DNA of 64,000 nucleotides from Takakia lepidozioides (taxonomy: Eukaryota > Plantae > Bryophyta): positions 5,332,001-5,396,000 of the forward strand of contig CM060731.1 of assembly GCA_030704615.1 (NCBI GenBank), in the 5' to 3' direction. Below, in pieces: positions 43,870-55,151 of the stretch (within the stretch, counting starts at the first letter, position 1; the number at the start of each line of letters is the position of its first letter). The translations under genes and the position numbers were made by a program. The notes beneath the pieces were generated by a model, which had not been told where the DNA came from, ran no database searches, and saw nothing but the letters and a program-made list of their open reading frames with translations.

Positions 43870-45004
43870 ACAGCTTCTCATCATTTGCCCCTAGGTCTCC
43901 AAAGCCTCCATCCTGCGCCCTTGCTGTGCATATCCTGCAATCATCACACTCCACAACACCACATGTCGTTCAGCCATACTGTCGAACACTCCCTTTTGCA
44001 TCCTCAATGATTTTGGCATACATGTCCACCAGGGCAGTATTCAGAATGACACGTGCAATTCCAGATTGATGATGCCACCATGCATCTCTTTGCCCTTTTC
44101 CAGGGCTGCCAGGCTTGCATAAGCATTGCAAACACACAAACGTGATCTTGTTACACTTCACCCCTTCCCCCATCATTTGCTCATAGGTCTCCAAGGCCTC
44201 CATCTCGCGCCCTTGTTGTGCATATCTTGCAAGCATGGCATTCCATGACACCATATCTTATTCAGCCATACTGTCGAACACTCCCTTTGCATCCTCGATG
44301 CACCCACATTTTGCATACATGTCCACCAGGGTATTGTTCAGAATGACATCGGGTACAATCCAGCTCTGACAATGTCACCATGGACCTCTTTGCCATTTTC
44401 CAGGGCTGCCAGGCTTGCACATACATTGCAAATGCACACAAACGTGATGTGGTTGGGCTTCACCCCTTCCCCCATCATTTGATCATAGGTCTGCAAAGCC
44501 TCCATACCAAGTCCCTGTTGTGCATACCCTGCAAGCATCGCATTCCACAACACCACATCTCGTTCAGCCATAGACTTGTTGAACACTCCTTTCGCATCCT
44601 TAATGCACCCACATTTTGCATACATGTCCACCAGGGCAGTGTTCAAAATGACATTTGGTACAATTCTAGCTTTGACGATGTCACCATGGACCTCTTTCCC
44701 CTTTTCCAGAGCTCCCCTGCTTGCACACGCATTGCAAACACAAGCAAATGTGATTTGGGCTTCACCCCTTTGCGCAACATTTGCTCATAGGTCTCCAAAA
44801 GCATTCCTACCACACCCATGCTTGGTAAATCCTGCCAACATTATATTCCACGTGATCAAAGATCGTTGAGCATTCTGTTGAACACTTGGTGAGCATCCAT
44901 GATGCTCCCACACTTCACATACATGTTGATAAGGGTGTTGAGTAGAAAAACATTTGGTGTGAATCCACTTTAGATAATGTGAGTGTGCACCTACTTTCCA
45001 GCTT
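43870..45004 (-). pseudogene. PLS-class PPR pseudogene, truncated by the CACTA terminus
   Basis: Three to four near-tandem triplets [18 protein letters not shown]..MAERDVVxWNAMLAGYAQQG...MMGEGVKPNHITFVC with frameshifts; stops abruptly at CACTAC 45005. Confidence 0.9.
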
Positions 45005-45991
45005 CACTACGGGAAAAGGGGGGCCTTTGCGACGCCTAGGCCATGCCGTAGCATCGGAAAAACGCGCATTTCGGGCACGCGGCAGGCGCAAAATTTGCGA
45101 CGCCCGGCCGTCGCATGGGCATCGCCAAAATGACGTCGCAAAAATGCGATGTATGGGGGTCGCGAGCCCCCGCCTCAACTCCGCGAATGCCGGACATCGC
45201 TTTTCGGGCCGATGGCAGGGGCCTCCTTCAAGCGACGTCTCGCCGTCACGGCCCTCCAGCCGACGGCGTTGGTGGGGACGACGGCGCGGCGTTGCATCCC
45301 TTTTTCTTTCTAACCTGCCCGGTAGTCCCATCCTAAAACCCAAAAACACATGGCGTAAGCCGGGTGGTATGCCAAGCGACGCCAGTGCGTCACTGTAAGT
45401 GACTGTTGGGCGTGGCAAAAAAAAAAACAGCAGGAGCAGGAATCGGGCTCCGCCACGCCCGGGCGTGGGTTTTTGCGACGCTCTGGCGTCGATTTTTTTA
45501 TATTTAATCAAAAAAATAAAAGACGTGGAGCAGGCAGGGTGGCGGGCTCCGCGACGCCAGGGCGTCGCAGCTTGCGACCCCCGGACGAAAAAAACACGTC
45601 GTAGGGGGTGTCGGGCGTTGCCGCCCGCAAATGGGATTGGGCAATGCTTGAATGTCGCGGCTTGCGACCCCCGCCCAAAAAGCATGTCGCCAATGGCGAC
45701 GTCCTGCAGTCGCGAGGGCAGCCTGGTGGGGGGGTTGGGGGTTGATTTTGGGGGTGAATTGGGGGTAGTTTTTGTTTTTTGCCTGGTTTTGTTTTTGGGG
45801 ATGGGAGACCTTACAGCTTCCATTTCTCTGATTTAGCAGGTACACAATTGAGCAAGCATGAATCGAGGGTGAGAACGGTGCAACACATGAATAAGATAGA
45901 AGATCGAAAGATGGAAATATATTTACAAGAAATGAGCTAAAAAGCTCACAAGGGTTCAATAGGCTGACCCAGGGACCTACATGGACTAAGA

Positions 45992-47126
45992 CTAGTCATC
46001 CTCATCCTCATCCTCATCCTCAGTGGAGGACTTAGAGCTATCCGATGACCCTGATGACTCCTCGCCCTTTGCCAAAGCACCTAAATGAGGCAGAGTTCCT
46101 CTAAGTCCCACAGAGCTCTCATCCAATCCCTGGCCATGACCCCCGACCTCATCCATACTAGTGCCCTGAAGTGCACTCATCCCCTCCGTGTTGGCCATGT
46201 TCTTCATGAGGGATTGCCAACCATGCTCCTTGGCGTAGTTGTACTCTACCAGAGATGGCTTCCTTTCAAACGCGCATTGCTACACATGCCACAAATTAAA
46301 GTCAGTTCTTCGCGATGATGGAGCCAGAAAGAAGACATAACAAAATCCATAGGGAAGTACGACTTACAAATCGCAAGATAAAACCCTTGAATCCGCCGGC
46401 GCCCCACTTGTGTGTGGATTCGTGTTTGTCAAGGTGGATTGTTGTTGCTTCGTGTGCCTGGTCAAATTTGGCCTTGTTTGCGGCATCATTCTCTCCTGCA
46501 ATGAGTGCATCCCATGATACCTATGCACCCCCCCCCCCCCCCCCAAACAATTAGTGAATTACACACATACGTTGCATCGACTCCACCTCATTAATGCACA
46601 TGCGACAAATGGAAAGTGAAATGATTCAGGATTTGCCAACATGTATAATTCCATAAGGTGGTTTGGGTATGGCCCCCTTTTCCAATCCCTTCGAATCATC
46701 TGTCTGGCACGGTACCTCCTGTTCTTCAAGTTTCGCCCCACCATCTCCATCACCCTTGTATCACTCCAATTGCCCGGAAACCGGCGGTCTAACTCACGGG
46801 CATACGCCCGCTTCACGCCAAAGTGCTGATCAGCCCACTCGATGTGCAAAGGGAACCACCTCATTGCGAGTTCGAAGGCTAGCTTCTTCATAGCCTCCCA
46901 GAACGCACCGCAAGGGTCACCATGGCGATTCACCTCCACCGGCTAGGGCTGTTGCATATCGGTACTCAGGTGCCATGCAAATCCGATCGTGACCATGGTT
47001 GAAGGGGAATTGGCGGAATTGGGTGACATGGGCGGGCCATCTAGCATCACGGGAAACACGGATAGAATAAGCGTTGTCTTCCTTCCAACGTGCAACACGT
47101 TTGTCGAATCGAAGTGTAGATAGCAT
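45992..47126 (-). pseudogene. TnpA/Ptta-like accessory protein of the CACTA element (spliced, frameshifted)
   Basis: EVNRHGDPCGAFW...VGRNLKNRRYRARQ; exon at about 46495-46365 with THKWGAGGFKGF; last exon ends in acidic EDEDEDEDD. The resemblance to TnpA-type proteins is by eye only. Confidence 0.45.
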
Positions 47127-47205
47127 CTATGCTAATTTGCAAAGGCACGACACTGTGCGTGATGTATTCACGTCGAAGTACACTGGATTCACCACATAGG
47201 GTGAT

Positions 47206-48384
47206 GTGCATGTCATGTTTGAGCACTGTGTGCATACAATTTCCGATACCAATAACATCATAAACTGGGATTTGGAACTAGAGGAGGAGTGGGACACCAG
47301 GCCAAGGATGTCATCCTACATTAATGAGGATAAACGGACATGGATACCACAGAGCAATCCAGCGTCATCGGTAACAGATGGTACGGTGTGCACAATGTGC
47401 CTAAATCCTTATGGACCGGAGGGAGGCTATATGCTTGGTTCATGTGGCCATTTGTTCCATCCCACATATCTCATATCGGCAGCCATGCGAGCCAGCCAAT
47501 GCCCTGACTGCCGTGGACCAATCCATCGACGTTTCTACGAGTTGTTTGGGTTGCAAGACAATATGCCCACGGGATACGAGTACAACCGGTACAACATGCC
47601 ATTGGATGTATCGCCTTACGATTTTTTAAATTGGCAGCACTGGGGGGAGACAATGACATGGGATGCTCCAAGAGAGATGCATGCCTTGGATGCGAAGACG
47701 TTAACTAGGGTTAAAGATCCGGTGACCTTTTGGGTGACATCCAACTGGGAAATAACCGTGCGTGCTAGAGGCATACGAGACCTAGTCCAAAGGGAGTTTT
47801 TTTGCCGGAACTTGGGAGGGCATTGGAGCTGTACCAGACAAAGATTCTTCCGACTGCCTGAGGATCCGTGGGTACCAGCGGAAAACGACCCATATAATCG
47901 CGAACCGATTGGGAGAGACCTATTTTTGAGGGAGTTGGAGGCCGCTAGCATCCGTTGGGAGGATATGAATGAGACGTACTGGGTGCCTCGTTGGGATGAT
48001 GGGCCATTTCTTCCATAGTTGCGCAGAGATCCCCAGCAAGAGGAGGTGTTGGACAATTTCAAGGCTGTCATCACGAGTGTTCTAAAGTATTGGCAGAACA
48101 CATGGCGTGACCAAGTTGCCCTTATTCCAGGGGTGTTCTTGCCACTTCCAAACATATCGGATTTAATTGAAAAATTGCATGCCGCCGTAGCAAGAGCGAC
48201 ACACCCGGCTCTAGCAAATGTGGAAGAGAGTCAGCACTCGCCTAGAACGCTACGCATGATGGCAAGGGTGGACCACACAACACTGGGTCGATCTTTGACC
48301 ACTCGAGCCCAGGCTCGAGCTCTCCGTATTGGTGGAGGCACGTCCTCCTACACCCGGAGCATCTTCATCAATATCTGGAGATGA
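47206..48384 (+). pseudogene. RING-H2-like finger protein cargo, with in-frame stop at 48016-48018
   Basis: CTMC-x14-CGHLFHPTY-x10-CPDC, with the 6th ligand changed C to Y. ORFs 47206-48018 and 48019-48384 are in the same frame. Confidence 0.65.
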
Positions 48385-48509
48385 CAACAACAAAGTAATA
48401 AATCTAGATGAAGATGACTAGAAAGGCTAGAAACGTAGGGAATAGGCCAAAGGTCTCAGGTTGCGAAAACTTAAATGTGCAACCCACTGTATAGTCTGCG
48501 TAATTTTTG

Positions 48510-51500
48510 GAAATACGAGGTTCATCCTTTGAACCATTTTTGAATGACCTCATACTTGTTCGGTACCTGTTTGACGACATGTACAATATACTAGCAAAGT
48601 TTCAAAACAATCAAAAATTGCTGAATGAAGATACCATTGGTTCACCCATTGCAATATTTAAAATCGAACTCATACTTGTCCGGTACCTTTAAGAGGGCAT
48701 GTACAATGCAATGGCAAAGTTTGAAAGCATTCAGAAATCGGCACATCAAGTAACTATTGGTTCCTCATGTGAACCATTTTTTATTGATCTCATACTTCTC
48801 CGGTCCATGTAAGAGGCATGTAGAACATACTGGCAAAATTTCAAATCATTCAAATTTTTTTTTATCAATGAACCTTTGGTTTATCCTTTTCACCATTAAC
48901 GATTAAACACAAATAAATGAACAAACGCATAAATCATTTGCCTCCAAATGATTTTGGTTCGCTTTGAGACTTGGCCAGTATCTTCAATGTACCGTGGAAG
49001 AGGCCCCGGAGTAATATGAGATCAATCAAAATTCGTTCAATGAGCCAACAGATGGTTGCCCATCCAAATGATTTTTGTTCGCTTTGAGACTTGGCCACTG
49101 TGTTCAATGTACCCTCTGATAGGTCCCAGTGTAATGTGAGATCAATCAAAATTCGATCGATGGGCCAATGAGGCATTCAGTTGTCATCTGATTTTTGTTC
49201 ATTGCGAAAAAGAAATCCTGCAATGCGTGCACGGCTATTGCACCCATTGAACGGATGTGGTTGAAGCCCCTCTTTTGCCCGCATGTGCGTGAACATGCGT
49301 GCGACACATGTGCGGAGACACAACAGACGAATAAATCTCTTGCCTCCCCATCGACACCAAGCCATTCCATAATGTAATTGAATTTAAATTAATTTTAAGC
49401 CAATAAATAGGTTTGCACTGCCTTTCATTGGGGGTTTCTGGCACGTATCGATTTTGTTTTTGGCTCAATTTTGTTCTGCGGCTCCCAGCATCCCACCACT
49501 ACTCCCCCGCCAAAAATTGGACCAATCAAAAATTCCCCAAAAAACAAGTGTTCACTTCGCTCACTTCTCTATGAAGAGTGCCTGAAGTTGAACACAAATC
49601 AAGTTTTGAGTGCAAAATAGGGAAGAAACTGTGGTTTTGGGTCCAAATGAATTATGTTCGCTCCCAAATCTGGAACGCACGTTGCATATGGCTACATTAC
49701 ACGCCCCATTCAAAAACCGAATGAAAAAAAAATCGTGAGCACGCGAAACACAGTCCAACAGGTCCCAAAGCAATAGCAGATCCAGCGGAATACATTCAAC
49801 GGGTGAACGGATGGTTGCCCATCCAAATCATTTTTGTTTGCTTCCAAACTTTGCCAGTACGTTCGAGACACCCTCTCACAGGTTCCGGACTAATATCAGA
49901 TCAATCGAAATTCATTCGATGGCTCAACAGATGGTTGGCCATCGAGATGATTTTGGTTCGCTTTGAGACTTGGCCAGTATGTTCAATGTGCCATGGAAGA
50001 GGCCCCAAAGTAATATGAGATCAATCGAAATTCGTTCAATGGGCCAACAGATGGTTGCCCATCCAAATGATTTTCGTTCGCTTTGAGACTTGGCCACTGT
50101 GTTCAATGTACCCTCTGATAGGTCCTAGTGTAATATGAGATCAATCGAAATTCGTTCGATGGGCCAATGAGGCGTTCAGTTGTCATCTGATTTTTGTTCA
50201 TTGCGAAAAAGAAATCCTGCAATGCGTGCACGGCTATTGCACCCATTGAACGGATGTGGTTGAAGCCCCTCTTTTGCCCGCATGTGCCTGAACATGTGTG
50301 CAACACATGTGCAGAGACACAACAGACGAATAAATCATTTGCCTCCCCATCGACACCAAGCCATTCCATAATGTAATTGAATTTAAATTAATTTTAAGCC
50401 AATAAATAGGTTTGCACTGCCTTTCATTGGGGGTTTCTGGCACGTATCGATTTTGTTTTTGGCTCAATTTTGTTCTGCGGCTTCCAACATCCCACCACTA
50501 CTCCTTCGCCAAAATTTGGACCAATAAAAAATTCCCCAAAAAAAAAGTGTTCTCTTCGCTCACTATTGCAAAACTCTCTATGAAGAGTGCATGAAGTCAA
50601 ACACAAATCAAGTTTGGAGTGCAAAACAGGGGAGAAACTATGGTTTTGGGTCCAAATGAATTATGTTCGCTCCCAAATTTGGCACGCACGTCACATTACA
50701 CGCCCCATTCAAAAACCGAATGAAAAAAAAATCGTGAGCACGCGAAACACAATCCAACAGGTCCCAAAGCAATAGCAGATCCAGCGAAATACATTCAATG
50801 GGTGAACGGATGGTTGCCCATCCAAATCATTTTTGTTTGTTTCCAAACTTTGCCAGTACGTTCGAGACACCCTCTCACAGGTCCCGGACTAATATCAAAT
50901 CAATCGAAATTCATTCGATGGCTCAACGGATGGTTGGCCATCGAGATGATTTTGGTTCGCTTTGAGACTTGGCCAATATGTTCAATGTGCCATGGAAGAA
51001 GCCCCAGAGTAATATGAGATCAATCGAAATTCGTTCAATGGGCCGACGGATGGTTGCCCATCCAATGATTTTCGTTCGCTTTGAGACTTGGCCAGTGTGT
51101 TCAATGTACCCTCTGATAGGTCCTAGTGTAATATGAGATCAATCGTTAACGATTAATCATGAATCATCCAACAGGGGAATTGTTGGTTCACCCTTTGAAC
51201 CATTTAACATTGACATCATACTTGTCCAGTAACTTTAAGAGGGCATGTACAACACACACGCAAAGTTTCAAATGAATCCAAATCATTTGGCAGGGGAATG
51301 ATTGGTTCACCCATAGCCAATTTCAGGGGCTGAAATTGCCATTTATGGGGCTCGAATTGCCAATTTGAGGGGCTGGACTTGCAATTTGAGGGGCTGAAAC
51401 TGCCATTCCAGGGGCTTCAATTGCCAATTTCAGGGGCTACACTAGCAATTGTCATTTCACAGGCTACAGTTGCAATTTGAGGGGCGGGAATTGTCATTTC

Positions 51501-52200
51501 AAGGGCTAGAAGTGCAATTTGAGGGGTTGGAATTGACAATTTCAAAGGCTCAAATTACAATTTGAGGGGCGGCCGGGGTTGGTCATTTTAGGGACTGGCA
51601 GTACCAATTTTAAGGGCTTGAATTGTAATTCAAGGGTTACAATGGGCCATTGGGGGGCTAGAATTACCAAAGCAATGACATCCAAAGCAATATAAAATCA
51701 TTTGATAGCGGAATGATTGGTTCATCCTTTCAACCATTTTTTATTCACGTCATACTTGTCCGGTACTTGTAGGAGGGCATGTGGCTGACACTTGCAAAGC
51801 TTCAAAGCAATGTAAAATCATTTGATAGGGGAACAATTGGTTCATCCTTTCAACCATATTTTACTAACCTCATACCTTTAAAATGGCATGTGAAAGACAC
51901 TTGCAAAGCTTTAAAGCACTCCAAAATCATTTGATATGTTCATGATTGATTCACCCTTTTAACCATTTTAGATTGATTTGAATCTTGTGAAAGACCTGTA
52001 AGAGGGCATGTACAAGCCACTTGCAAAGTTTCAAATCAATTTAAAATCATTTGATAGGGGGACGATTGGTTCACCCTTTAAACCATTTTAGATTGATGTC
52101 ATACTTCTCAAAGACGTGTAAGAGGGCATGTAGAAAACACCTGCAAAGTTTTGGAGCAATAAAATATCATTTCATCAAGGAAGTTTCCGTTCACCCTTTC
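48510..52200. repeat. About 120-bp satellite with 999-bp higher-order duplication
   Basis: Units of about 120 bp at 48510-48900 and 51170-52200, with reverse-complement units at 48935-51146. 48948-49946 repeats at 49947-50945 (ORF pairs 49195/50194 and 49803/50802 are offset by 999), plus a partial third copy. Confidence 0.9.
51316..51670. repeat. 21-22-bp degenerate minisatellite
   Basis: Repeated GCCAATTTxAGGGGCTxxAATT units. Confidence 0.8.
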
Positions 52201-52528
52201 ATCCAATTTTGAATTGAACTGCATTTTTACTAAATAAAATGATTTAGAGGGCATAGGATTGTGGGACGCAATGAGTGTGGGGTGCAATGATTTTGTTTTT
52301 GGCTTGATTTTGTTATGTGAGTTGAACCCTCACACCACCACATCCTTGCCAAAAAATGTACCAAAGAAAAATGTTTGGAAAAAAACGTTCATCCTTTGAT
52401 CTATGCTCACTATTGCAGAACTCTCTATGAAGAGTGCATGAAATTGAAGATAATTTCATCTTGGAGTGCAAATGAGGGAATAACAATTGAAAACAACATT
52501 TATTCAAACATGATGTACAGTCAGAGGT

Positions 52529-54095
52529 CTACAAGTTTCTATCCATCCTCCAGCAATTTTTGGGCTCAGGCCAATTGAATAGTCCCGTCATGAAACACTT
52601 CACAACATTTTCTAGTTTGTACCGCAACTCTACTGTGTCTATACACAAGTTTTCCAGAGCGGAAGCACAACAGGTTCCAGTAGACATATCGTTGAACAGA
52701 CTTGCATCGAACATGTTACCCCCATTTATTGCCTGGGCTATTTTTTCAATTGCAAAGGTCTCAGATGGCACGGTTAGAGGGGGCCTACGAGGTGTGCCAT
52801 CTGACTGGTTGTTGGCTACATTATGAACAATTGCAATTTCAGGTGCAATCCACCATCTATGTGCGAGAGTCTTTATCATCTTGTCTCTGCTCTCGAAAAT
52901 GTACAACGTGGTTTTTGGGTCATCCGTCGTGGAGGCCATCCCCCAATCGCATACCCCGATGTACACATCTTCAGACCCTTGTGGAAAATGCAACAAGATG
53001 TTGTCGGGGGACATGTCGTTGTGCAAGAGGTAGTGATTATGGACGTTGAGTATGATGTACAAAAGCGCCCATGCCAATTGGGTGCGATTCTGTCGAAATC
53101 AAACCAGTCGGTTGACCTCCTACATTTCCTGCTCCGTCCCCCGTCGTTCCATTAACTCCCTGTTATCCCGATCATTCCCCCATTTCCTGTCAATACTCAA
53201 CCATGATCGTATGGTCCCCCCATTTCCACCAATGTGTGTAACCTTCATTTCGACGTGGATGCAACGCAAAATACTTTATGATGTCGAAATGATGGGGTTA
53301 TCAATAGTTTGGGTTTAGTTTTCCGTTACGAAGCCGCGTCTATTCCGTAGAGTACTTTTATCATGTCCGGAAACGTTGCTTCGAACGCAGTGTCAGGGGG
53401 TTCCTCGGGAAGTGGACATAAAGGTAGGAAGCGTAAACATGCACATGAACGGGATAGTCAGGTCAACAAAAAATACTATCCAAACGCAAAGGTCGGGAAT
53501 GTGGTAAAGCAAGTAGTGTTGGATTATTTGAAGGACAATGACATAATGCGTTTGAATCTTTTGTATGTCCGACATGGGAATGAGGGGTTCCTTAGATTCC
53601 AGCACAATATGGAGATGAGAATGAGGGAGGCTTTGGCCGTGAATGGAAGGAGGACAAGACGAAGTTCCAGTTCACGAAATGGATGGAGGACCGGGCCCAT
53701 GATGCCACATGGAATCTGAGGCAAACCATGGACAAGTTTGTTACGAGAACACCTGTAGCTGAAGGTCGTATGCCAACTTCGGAGGAAGAGTTGTTTGTGC
53801 TTGTGGATTGGTGGTCTAACATGGCAAAGGCCCACGCCAAACGACGTACAAAACACTCCCATGGAAGGCAGGGTCCTCGTCCGCGGATGCGGCATTGAAC
53901 GTGAGATACATATCACAAACCCACAGGTACAACAATTCGACGCGCTCAAATATGGAGAGTATGGTACAATTCGGAGGGTTAGAATTGTTGGGGATCAATT
54001 CATTACTCCATCTTGGGAGCTAGCAAGGAAAACGCCCAGAGAAACAAATGCTGAGTTTGCCAAAGTCCAACATAACAATGAGGCGTTGGCTGATA
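52529..54095. pseudogene. Transposon-borne protein kinase-like gene split by an internal inversion
   Basis: C-lobe on minus (IIKYFALH...WWNGGT...LHNDMSPDNILLHF...DWGMA...WIAPE, 53300-52529). N-terminus and N-lobe on plus (ATG 53363 ... YGEYGTIRRV...ARK...EALAD at 54095). Confidence 0.75.
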
Positions 54096-54335
54096 CTAGC
54101 AGACCAATTTCCTCACCCTCTATTGGTATAGTACCCAAAGCAAACTCTCCCGCAGTCCAGGAAATAAAGGCAAAAACTCCTCTCCCACACAAATCCACTT
54201 TCTCCCCCCCCCACGCTCAATCCTGGCCACCAAAGTTCAAACCCCAAGAAGCCCCAGAACCACACTCACAAAGAGGGAAAAAAGTGGGTTGGGAATGAGG
54301 GGTAGGCCCTTATATACTGCCTGGAGAGGCCTGAC

Positions 54336-54910
54336 GTGCGACCGCTTCTGCTGCCCATTCACGCCTCGCCACGTGTCCAGGGAGCGGTCGCACCTAATAA
54401 CAAAAAAGAAAAAATCTGCGACCACCACCGGCTGGTGGTCGCACCCATTTAAAAAATAATTAAAAATGTGCGACCAACCCCTGCTGGTGGTCGCACCCAT
54501 TTAAAAAATAATTAAAAATGTGTGACCATCCCCTGCTGGTGGTCGCATCCATTTAAAAAATAATTAAAAATGTGGGACCATCCTCTGTTGGTGGTCGCAC
54601 CTATTTAAAAAAAATAAAAAAGTTGCGACCACCACTTGCTGGTGGTCGCACCTAATTTTTTTTAAAAGAAATATTGCGACCAACACCTGCTGGTGGCCGC
54701 ACCCAATTTAAAAAAAATAAAAAAATGTGCGACCACCCTCTGCTTGTGGTCACACCTATTAAAAAAAAATGAAAATGCTGCGACCACCACCTGCAGGTGG
54801 TCGCACCCATTTAAAAAATGAGAAAAATTGTGCGACCACCCCCTTCTGGTGGTCGCACCTATTTAAAAATAAATAAATAATTGTTCGACCAACTTTTGCT
54901 GACAGTCGCA
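54336..54910. repeat. Array of about 52-bp palindromic subterminal repeats
   Basis: About 10 units TGCGACCAxCxxxGCTGGTGGTCGCACC separated by A-rich spacers. Confidence 0.9.
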
Positions 54911-55151
54911 TGATTGATAATATAAATCATAATATATGAATTCTACAGATAATTAATGAAGTCCACATAATGAGGCCACATCGGTTGTCACGTCGGTTCT
55001 CATAGTAAATAGTCAATAGTAAAATAAAAAAATAAAAATATTTATGTACAGTAACGTCGGTTTAGAACGTGACGTGACGCACGTCCGTCAATGACGTCGG
55101 ACGTGACGCTGACGCGTCAACGCCACGTCACGTCCAAATTTGCAACTAGGG

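Larger units (their letters stand above)
45005..54910. mobile_element. CACTA/EnSpm-like DNA transposon, non-autonomous and cargo-bearing; right TIR not seen
   Basis: CACTACGGGAAAA terminus at 45005 followed by GCGACG/CGTCGC subterminal repeats to about 45720. Palindromic TGCGACC..GGTCGCA array at 54336-54910; internal TnpA-like ORF. No TnpD transposase found. Confidence 0.65.

Noticed and set aside
44915-45959. Long overlapping ORFs (302, 139, 145 and 151 aa)
   Set aside because: They arise from GC-rich subterminal repeats; no recognisable domain.
54336-54910. Regularly spaced palindromic repeats resembling a CRISPR array
   Set aside because: The spacers are near-identical A-rich tracts, the context is eukaryotic and there are no cas genes. 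Fits CACTA subterminal repeats.
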